The position numbers and the translations under genes are program-made. A model generated the notes under the pieces. That model was not told the origin of the DNA and did not search any database. It saw only the letters and a program-made list of their open reading frames with translations. A stretch of DNA of 64,000 nt from Octopus bimaculoides (Eukaryota), in NCBI RefSeq assembly GCF_001194135.2, contig NC_068981.1, forward strand, positions 59,787,003 through 59,851,002. The letters run 5' to 3'. This document shows, piece after piece, positions 53,701 to 64,000 of this stretch; the stretch's first letter is position 1, and each line of letters begins with the position of its first letter.

Positions 53701-55171
53701 GGGAGAAAAAAGAGAATTAGAGAAAGGATGAGAATTAGAGAAACGATAGGAGAAAAAGCAGTATAGAGTAGATTCGACTCTATATCTATGTTTGGGAAAA
53801 GGAAAATGGCGCTTGCAGACCAGTTACCCTATTTAGCTCGAAAGGGCCGTAACAGTGTACATTAAGTGAGCTATTGCATCTTTTCTTGTGTTGATTTTGG
53901 ATAATGTTTAAGAATGTATTAGCATATAGCCTTGTGCGTTGTTGGAGGTTTTATAGTATTAATTTTCTTCATATTATTTCTTTTTATTCCGAAAACACGA
54001 ATCTCCAGCCTATCGTCATGCAATATTAATGTTAGCGTAATTTTTTTCCATCGAGGTTCCACCAGTCCGGACATATCAAAGTTGATATCAGAACTTGAAG
54101 TGTCATATTTTGGAGCTGTTATTAAGATATGAATAATGGTGAAGTTTATTTTAGTTCCATAATACTTTATATTAGTCTGTTTGCTAGGTTTTCTAGAATG
54201 CTTACCTGTTTTTGTATATGTTATTATTCACTCTAGTTCATATTTTGCACTTTATGAGTGATAAACTTTCATTTTTGTCTATTTGGGATTGTTATTACCG
54301 TTTAAGTTTCACAAAACGATCGTTAAACCCGAAGGTTTTAAATGAAAGACAATAGCGATGACCAAAATCTCAAAATACACAGGTATTGAACTAAATACTG
54401 TAATACTCAGTAAACCATTCTATTTATTGCCCCATATACTCTACATTATTCTTGCATTTACTATATACAATCAATAATAATTGTCATATCAGTAAAATGT
54501 CATTATTAAAGATAAGAATAAGACAAAATTAATGAAAATTCATAAAGGCGAAAATTGGATTATGCCATAGGGAAAGTTACTGATTAGGTAATAGACAATA
54601 TTATTATATCAATGAATTCATTCTACTTCATTACAACTTAGATGTAAATTTAGAAAGTTTGAAATGATTATATTATATTAAGACGAATTTAAAATGAAGC
54701 GTAAATAAAATATAACTGAAAATATAATTACTGGAAGAATGAGATCAGCAATTCTAAATAACTGGTAAATGTAATAAATTTAAAAAAATACAAAATAAGA
54801 CCATAAAATAATAAATTAAAACAGGAAAGAAATAACAAACTTAGAATTCAAATTTTGGTAAAGATTCGGATATTGTTATATTACCTTCTTAATTTTATCA
54901 GCCGCGGCAATTATTGTAGAAAAAGCGCTGTCTGAAAGTAATTACAATACGTGACTGCTTATATCTGTACGTACACACACACACACACACACACACANNN
55001 NNNNNNNNNNNNNNNNNNNNNNNNNNNNNNNNNNNNNNNNNNNNNNNNNNNNNNNNNNNNNNNNNNNNNNNNNNNNNNNNNNNNNNNNNNNNNNNNNNNN
55101 NNNNNNNNNNNNNNNNNNNNNNNNNNNNNNNNNNNNNNNNNNNNNNNNNNNNNNNNNNNNNNNNNNNNNNN

Positions 55172-55220
<49 letters not shown>

Positions 55221-56750
55221 TATATATATATATATATATACATACATAAAAAAGTGTTCGCTTCATCCATCCGAACGGGGAACACCTAAAGAGAAGCTGC
55301 GTAGGCTTGTAGCAACACGATTTATTGTGTAATAATACAATTTATAGCATGTTTATAACAGTACACTTTGTAGTAATAAACCATGATGTCCGCTCCAATG
55401 TGGTTATTTGTTGTAGTTTAATTAATAATGTTAGTGCTTAATCCTTCCTACAATTAATATTGAATGAATGTGGTGATATCTAAGGTATGTTTGGTCCCAA
55501 ACAACACTTATTTTAGTGCTGTTGACACCGCCGGATTGAATGATGCTGCCCAGGTGTCGAAATCATAGTGATATCCGTAGGGTATCTGATGAAGGAGGTG
55601 TGTTCGATTGTTGGTATGACTGTTATTGTATGTGTGGAATTGTTTTATAAGACATCTATTTGATATGTGTGTGTGTGTGTGTGTGTATTTGTGTGTGTGT
55701 ATGTGTGTATTTGTGTGTGTGTGTGTATTTGTGTTTGTGTGTGCGTGTATTTGTATGTGTGTGTGTGTATTTGTGTGTGTGTGTGTGTGTGTATTTGTGT
55801 GTGTGTGTGTGTGTGTATACACTGTTCATGTTATAAGAATTTTATAAACATTCGAGAGTAAGTGAAATAATTTTTGGAATATTAGATCTCGATGCACATC
55901 ACATAAATCTATACATAACAGTATGTAAGCATTAGAGGGAGAAACTCAGAGAATTCCTTTAGGGTTCGAATCCCTATCTCCTGAAGATATAGCAGGAGTT
56001 CTACCAGTAGGTCTCAATAATCCATCGAATTTTCCGTTCATTTTAGAAACTTCATTCTTACCGGCGGGAATCCTTTATTTTTGACATCATAGGAATTTTA
56101 TAAACTTCTCANNNNNNNNNNNNNNNNNNNNNNNNNNNNNNNNNNNNNNNNNNNNNNNNNNNNNNNNNNNNNNNNNNNNNNNNNNNNNNNNNNNNNNNNN
56201 NNNNNNNNNNNNNNNNNNNNNNNNNNNNNNNNNNNNNNNNNNNNNNNNNNNNNNNNNNNNNNNNNNNNNNNNNNNNNNNNNNNNNNNNNNNNNNNNNNNN
56301 NNNNNNNNNNNNNNNNNNNNNNNNNNNNNNNNNNNNNNNNNNNNNNNNNNNNNNNNNNNNNNNNNNNNNNNNNNNNNNNNNNNNNNNNNNNNNNNNNNNN
56401 NNNNNNNNNNNNNNNNNNNNNNNNNNNNNNNNNNNNNNNNNNNNNNNNNNNNNNNNNNNNNNNNNNNNNNNNNNNNNNNNNNNNNNNNNNNNNNNNNNNN
56501 NNNNNNNNNNNNNNNNNNNNNNNNNNNNNNNNNNNNNNNNNNNNNNNNNNNNNNNNNNNNNNNNNNNNNNNNNNNNNNNNNNNNNNNNNNNNNNNNNNNN
56601 NNNNNNNNNNNNNNNNNNNNNNNNNNNNNNNNNNNNNNNNNNNNNNNNNNNNNNNNNNNNNNNNNNNNNNNNNNNNNNNNNNNNNNNNNNNNNNNNNNNN
56701 NNNNNNNNNNNNNNNNNNNNNNNNNNNNNNNNNNNNNNNNNNNNNNNNNN

Positions 56751-56784
<34 letters not shown>

Positions 56785-57099
56785 CACATATATCTTAACA
56801 CACACTGGCATATATATATATATACATATGTGGATGTATGTGAGCATGTGTATGTTTATATAAGAAAATGTGTCCAACATAGACATTTTGACAGAAATAC
56901 AAATATATAAAAGAGCAGAAAGATAGATATACCGCCCAGTGCAACATGGTGAGTTAGCGGACGAGTGTAAGCGCCCTAGTTGATCTGATGACACTGATGT
57001 CCACGAGGAAAATGAAAGAGAATGTGAAGAAATTATATATGACCGTAAAGTACTAATAGTAGCAGTGTTGAATATGGCGGTGACCAACCCCGACGTGTT

Positions 57100-57640
57100 G
57101 TCATATTTAGAGGCTTCAGTGAAGATGTGGGACTTTGGTGATTTTGAAATTGTAATGACGATGATAAAACTAATCTAGCAACAGTGGTGGTGGTAGATGG
57201 AAAAGATAGATGTAGTGGTGTGATGCTGATATGATGAAAAAGAAATGTCGAAGAAGATGGCGGTAATTGTGAGAATGGTGGATGTTTAAGTGATGATTGA
57301 TGACTGTACGAAAGTAGCTGCTGATAATGGTGAGGTTATGCTACTGGTGGTTGTGCTAACAGTGATAGCGGTCATGGGGAACTTGACTGTTGATGCAGTA
57401 GAGATGGTTGTGAATGTGGTCGAGGTAGTAATGAAGATGCTGATAGTGCGGTGATGATGATGTTAACGATGATTAATGATGATAATAATGTCATGGGGAT
57501 GATAATGCTGGCGATCGAACTATTACACATAACGTTGATGTTTTGATGATAATTGTTATGATTGTCTTGATTTTGTTAGTGATGGTAGATGAGAATTAGT
57601 CGGTTAGTCTACTTAATGATGGTGGTGACGGCGGTAGCGC
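57100..57640. repeat. Degenerate (GAT/GGT)n low-complexity tract
   Basis: Direct reading. Confidence 0.8.
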
Positions 57641-58959
57641 TGAAGAAAGGAAAACACTAAAAATTCGCCAAAGTGACATGATGAGGTTAGTGGGTGAAAC
57701 AGGTAAGATAATGTGCTGGTGGACATTCATGCAAATCACAGGAGACCTACATACCTACATCCAAGCAAATATACAGACATGCATACAAGCCTACTAACAT
57801 ATATACATACATATGTACGTAGATGCAAACTAAGGAATACATAGATATATACTCGGCAGCACTGGACATTACTATTAATATATATACTTACAACTAAGCA
57901 TACACAAATTTAGCAACAGACATGTAAACATACACTGACATAGGTTCGCAAAAGAAGGTGCAGTACATGTACCCATGGTTGTTCCCGATCTCTGTCTGTA
58001 GTAGTCATTATTAAATATAAATTAATTATTTTCTAAGATAAATCTCAGTCCTTCTATTACAAGTTCTTTATTTATGCGAGTTGGAAGTTCAAAGGAGTAG
58101 TTGCTTAGCCAGAAAGTTATTCGTTTCTATTCCTAAGGTGTAGGGGATGTTTGAAGAAAGGTTGACTAATTCGAAGTATACTAGTAGGGCTTTCTTATTG
58201 ACTGTTTTTTTGGGGTAGTTATAGATGGATGGATGGATGGATTTATGTCCGTCTATATGCAAGTATAAGCTTTGGAAAACTTTCTTGGTACATCACAATA
58301 CTTGAAAATAGATTTTCTAAAATTAGCAATTGTTAATTATATAAAGAATCTATAAAGAAAGGAAATTAGAGAATGGTAACAGAAAGTTTATGTGTAAGCA
58401 CTTTCAGTATTGGCACGCATATTGTAAGGTAATCCTTATAGAAATAAATGTTTTCAGTAGCTCTTCTCATTATTGTTGATTTAATTGAGACTCAAATTTA
58501 TATGATAATCTTATTTTCTCATTCGTTATTGATTATTTTCGTTGTTGATTTTCGCTATTGATGATTTTCATTCATTTTTTTTTAGAAAAGAAAGAATATT
58601 TTGAATTTCGTTTTCACACAAATGTCTAGATGTTGACTACATAGAGCATTTGTAACAGAGGAATTGTTGATTTGTTTTTTGTGCACCCTGACGAGGTCCA
58701 TTAATTTTATTCCTTTTTGGTCGGTGTAGTTCTGATGATGTTGAAACATTCGATACTGTGATTGAGATTTTATTTGGTAACCCTTATTTGCATTAATCTT
58801 AAATTACTTGCACTCTTGAATTTTCGGATTTACCTTGTTCTAGAGTCATCAAATTCAAGAAAATATATCCAAGTGCCAAAAATCACTGACAGCGAATGAT
58901 TCTTAACATAGATGATATTCACATTAGAATAAAAAGTAATTCAGGTTAAAAAATGTGAA

Positions 58960-59330
58960 AATCTTTGTTGTGAGATGTTACTGGTACTTTTTTAATATCG
59001 AAGTATCATCAACATGGGACTTAATAAATTTGTGCAAGGAGCAAAGGAAGTGACAAACAGAAGCTTTTAAAACATGAGGACAAGAAAGGCTTATTTTAAA
59101 AGTGAAAATAACTTTTCATGTGCAACTCACAATTAATTTGTAATTTAACGATTAATGTACACCTTGAAGTTGTATGGAAAATTACATTGACGACGCATTC
59201 CTTACGCACGGAAGAATCACATCATATTACTACCAAATTGGAAAGTTACATGAATGAAGCATTGCTAAATATTATTTTTCGTTTACCGCTATAGTAACTC
59301 AACTAGAGAACAGCAATAATAAACAAACAA
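58960..59330 (+). mobile_element. Weak PLE RT relic 4
   Basis: YFFNIE..HQ.G, then NYIDDAFLTHG...FSFT, compared with PLE RT YF.F....Y.Q..G and RYIDDIF....HG...KFT. Confidence 0.3.
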
Positions 59331-59716
59331 ATAAAGAAAAGCAATATTGGACGAAACTAAAATGAATTGTTTGGACAAACGTTGAATAATATTTCTCTTT
59401 GAAAATGGTAATAATGCTTAGTTTAACTAAAGTCTCTCCACTGAATTGGAAAACATCTATGAATATTTTTGTCATGTATGTATTTTGAAACCATGAAAAA
59501 ACTATTTATAGCTATTGTGTCTTGAGATTAGAGGTAGAAAACTTATGGGGAAAGATCTATGACTATTTGCATTCTACACTGTAAGTCATCTTATTTGTAG
59601 TCTATAGTTAATGCAGCACACATCTGAGGATAATGAAACATCAAATGAATTCGACTTCACATTTCTCCTCACGCACCTTAAACAAATTTGAGATATTTGT
59701 CTATTTATTTATCTAT

Positions 59717-59748
<32 letters not shown>

Positions 59749-60646
59749 TCTGTATTTTTTGTGTAGAGAATCGAGGCAAGTTTGAGTGATCCTCAATCAT
59801 TCGATCAAGTGTTGGTGGCACATTTAAATAAACTTCAGTTAAAATAAACAAAGAAATAAGTCCATCTTAATTTTGTTGTCGTTAAAGTTAAAAGTAAATC
59901 GTTTGTAATGATTGATTGTATGTACGTGTTGGTCAAAGATTCATTTTGTCTTGTGTATCAATATTTTAGTGTGTTTGTTGGTGCACATTGGTCAAAGCAT
60001 GGTCTTGTTTTTATGCACGTGTGGTGTAACTTCATATAGTTCAATTCTTAAATTGCTGGCATTTTATCAGTGTATAGATATATTGTTATAATGTATTATA
60101 CAATATATCTATGAATTTGTTAACCAAAATTTTGTGCCACAACGAATGTAAAGAATACATCTGTGAAAATTATGTGGAGAGAAAACACGAGGACAGCTGT
60201 CAGCATGTCTGTAGACATAAACATACTGAACGGATATATTGCTTTTCTTTGACGAAGCACTTACTGTTCACTAATAAACCTATAGGTGTATTTTATAGCA
60301 TATTATATGTTCTTTTGTTGTAGATGTATTTTATCGAGGTACGTGTCTTAATTTGCATTCAGCTCGGCAACGTTTTTAAAGATGAACTAATTTTTGCATT
60401 ACAAGCGAAATACTCTTTTATTCCTCTAAGTTATTGGGTTTGTGCATTGTACAAATATATTAAACATCTTTGTTATACATAGCAGTAATTTCGACAGATG
60501 ATTTCGTACGATGGTACATTCTCTGTTGTGCGTCAATTTAAAAACGCGATAGTGACTAACTTCAGAATACATCATCAGAACTGTGAAACAAATCTGCGGT
60601 GTATAATACAATACACCACGCCCCAAAATTCTCTCTCTTTCACTGG

Positions 60647-60755
<109 letters not shown>

Positions 60756-61699
60756 TATATATATAGCTATAGTTGGGGATGGTAAATTTTCTTGCCAATT
60801 AACCACACGTACTAAATACTCGTTCTTCTTTTTAGCTTTATTCTTATTCTTATCTTAATGCACTTTGTGGGAAATCTTTCGTCACACACTCTGTGATCGC
60901 TTCAGCGACTCCTCAGAGCGAAACACATGCGATGAAGTTGCTGAACAGATTACAATGTCTGACGAAAGAATTCCCACAAAGGACATTAAAATAAGAACAA
61001 TAATAAAGATGAAGCGAAGAAAGAGTATATAGAGCATGTGGTCAATTGGCAAAAGAAAAAAAGAAAATGACCATCCCCAACTATAACAATATGGTGACAT
61101 ATTTTTCTGGAAACGAATGACGATTTATAGCATTGTTGCTATGGGAAATTATTGCTCTGCTTTACGAGTTTTCGCTTCACGAGTGGTCTCCAGGAACAAA
61201 TTACCTCGTATATCGTGGCATAATTATATATATTCTGCCTACGTTCTACTATCCAGAATAAATACCACAGCCACGAAAATATATGAAGAACTGAAAACAC
61301 TACATTACAAGGGCTACACTTGAAAGTAAGATCATTAATTACCCAACCGCTACAATTTCATAAAGAAGCCTGACAAAACAATAGCCTTAGATAGAATCTT
61401 GACTCCAGTCAGTAACTGGTGTGAAACCGTGATCAACCAACAGATTTCAGATTCAAAGCAATCTCCCCTCACTTCCCCTGAACCCTAACCAACTAGGTAG
61501 CACATAACTGTATTCTGTTCGCTTTGAGACGAGCTGGTGGACAGATCTTGGGCCAAGCTGCATGGAAAATTATGAACGGCTGCGCATGCAACTATCTATA
61601 GTCTGTGCACTGAAAACAAGTGTAAGTCGTAATAACCATAAAAGCATGTATCAAATTGTAAAATTAAAGGTAATGAATTTTGAGGATGAACAAGTATCA

Positions 61700-61737
<38 letters not shown>

Positions 61738-61764
61738 GTATCTATCTATCTATATGTCTGTCTA

Positions 61765-61797
<33 letters not shown>

Positions 61798-62339
61798 ATC
61801 AATTATAAATACGGCACTAATTGCAGCATATGTAAGGCAGAATGCACAAAGAATACACAATACCATGAACTAGATTATTAATTATAAATCAATAAATCAA
61901 CGAAGGTAAAATTAAATAAAAATTCAAGACATTAAAACATATATTAAAACAGGAAGCAAAACTGCAAACTTGGAGTTCGAAATTAGGAAATGTTTACACG
62001 AATTTTGTCGAAGAATGCTAAAAAAATGCTTACATATTGAAATATTTTAATTTAAAATGTAACACATCGAAATCCTCTCGAATGTGAAACAAACATAGAT
62101 GGTTGTTCGAGTGTTATTTAATTTCCGATACATTTTCATGCCTGTATGTGTGTAAGTGAAGGCATGCATACATACATACCGACATGCATACATTCATACA
62201 TACATGCATACATTCATGTGCCTGTGTGTGTCCGTGTGTGTACCTGTGTCTGTGTCTCAAAAAAAAATAATAAACAGACAATCATTTGTGAAAGTTTTAT
62301 TTCTTCTTTGTTCTTTTCACATTTGCTGGGGGAAACAAG

Positions 62340-62480
62340 ATATTTCTAGATACGCTGCCATAGTAGTCAACTTAGTCAAGTTTATGGAAGTAATTCACGG
62401 AAATACACCGATCCATTTGGAGTTGCTCTGTCACATCAGGTGTCTTAAAAGGGGAATTATTTTCAACAATACATTAATAG
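62340..62480 (+). mobile_element. Ancient LINE RT fragment
   Basis: DPFGV and VTSGVLKGELF resemble F.VTSGVLQGD.L. Confidence 0.35.
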
Positions 62481-62684
62481 TTCAAATACAACTGCCAGTG
62501 GTTGGTGTGTCCCTGGATAGCGAAGGCATATCCTTCTAGTGGAATTTAATGTATCTATCCAGGAGAGACTACTCTATGGCAGGGTAGTTTCTGGGCGAGG
62601 GTTTGCTCGTGTGTATACATTCATAGTGTATGTTTATATCTATATCCATATGTATGCATATACGTACATATAAAGATATCTATA

Positions 62685-62722
<38 letters not shown>

Positions 62723-62778
62723 NNNNNNNNNNNNNNNNNNNNNNNNNNNNNNNNNNNNNNNNNNNNNNNNNNNNNNNN

Positions 62779-62826
<48 letters not shown>

Positions 62827-63499
62827 TGTGTGGATACAGAATACAGTCAGCTGAAAACTTCATAAGCTAACCAAGGTACTTTCATGTAATGTGAACAATT
62901 GAGGTTTAGTTTTCAACCTTGTCCCCCTTGTTGTCCACACACACTTCTTATATCGGTGTTGCAGTGCTTTGCTTTTGAGGTATTCTTTGAGTAGTCAGAT
63001 GTCAGTTTACATGGAAAGAAACAACAAAGTTATTCATATGAATAGATGAAAATTAATGCATCCACAATTTCTCAGTTCCAACAGTTTCACTGCTTCATAC
63101 CCAGCCTAGAAACATTTTAGCCCACCCTTATATTATTAATAATCCTGTTAAGGACAAAATTAGATCACCATCTCTATTACTACAGATGTCCTTATTATCG
63201 CTACAGATATCTGCCGCATTATCTTTTAAATCAGATTACAAACAAGTATGTTACTGATATATCTTAGAACTACTTTTTCCAACGATATAGAAATTGTTAA
63301 AAAAGCAGATAGTGCACAACTTCTATCTTGATGGAACATCATATTTTAATTCTTAGGGCTAACTCTGTTATAATACTCGAATTGTAGTGGGTGCTTTTCT
63401 TCCAGGAAACGGCAACTTATTTCAATAGTTATACCACAGCCTTAGATTTTGTACATCCATGTTTACATGTGTGTAGAATACATCGATATTTCTTCCTGT

Positions 63500-63960
63500 G
63501 CCTGTGAAAACTTGTATCCCTGCCGTAAGGCTTTATTTCCACACACGCACGCCAGCTTAATTTAATTCGACCTTAGTCGAAAAACACCTGTTGTCGTGTC
63601 CTGTTATTATTTTTATTGTATTTGTGTAACATTCTTCGATTTTTCCGTTCTTGTTTTGTATACGTTCGCTGCTTTCTTCCAAGGAATCTAATGCTCTTAG
63701 CTTAGTTTTTCATTGGAGCTGGCCAGATTTGAGCAATCTCGAGTATAATCAGCCGAAATTGTGAAGATAATCTGGTACTCGACTGAGGAAAGAAAAGTTC
63801 GAATGACCCGTCCTTGTTTTCTTTGTATCGTCTATCTGGATGTTTTATTGTCCCATTTTTGTATCACCTAACTGCCCGGATGTTTTGCGTTCTTGTCCCA
63901 TTTTTGTATTTTGGAGCATGCCAACGCTAGGCCGAAACAGTTGTAAGATTTTGTCCCTTC
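63500..63960 (+). repeat. Unclassified interspersed repeat with an internal 17-bp duplication
   Basis: ttgtcccatttttgtat occurs twice (about 63848 and 63893). T-rich and CpG-richer than its flanks. Confidence 0.45.
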
Positions 63961-64000
63961 TTCGGTTGGTAGATGTCTTTTTAAAATTGAAATCTTAATT

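Noticed and set aside
55548-55600. GAAA...CTGATGA in type II hammerhead order (also near 35098-35150, 53300-53345 minus, and 63750-63790)
   Set aside because: Stems I, II and III and the NUH site cannot all be formed.
57100-57640. Possible Asp/Gly-rich coding region
   Set aside because: A degenerate trinucleotide tract with stops in all frames.
58688-58750. CTGACGA and CTGATGA-TGTT-GAAAC (and CTGAGGA-TAAT-GAAAC near 59625)
   Set aside because: No stem II or valid cleavage triplet.

Overview
AT-rich, microsatellite-dense, gapped (N-run) eukaryotic DNA. The SINE families, which I recognise from memory rather than by database search, suggest a cephalopod, probably Octopus. I found no convincing host protein-coding exon, no rRNA and no CRISPR array; the window reads as intergenic or intronic DNA full of decayed transposons. 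Supported elements are: three clear Penelope-like retroelement (PLE, GIY-YIG) relics plus one weak PLE RT relic; an R4/Dong-type RLE LINE; an RTE LINE 3' end; an ORF1/gag-like unit with a CCHC knuckle; two mariner pieces; a maT/DD37D-like piece; two hAT (Buster/Charlie-like) C-termini; several tRNA-derived SINEs; and many very old LINE RT fragments. The most interesting observation is a PLE whose 3' region carries a near-complete tRNA-Thr(TGT)-like cloverleaf followed by a T-run. Other leads are a head-to-head PLE with about 370-bp inverted arms, a 321-bp palindrome, degenerate hammerhead-like motifs, a TATA-driven gag-only unit and a compact CRE/E-box cluster. All translations, alignments and identities were done by eye and are approximate.
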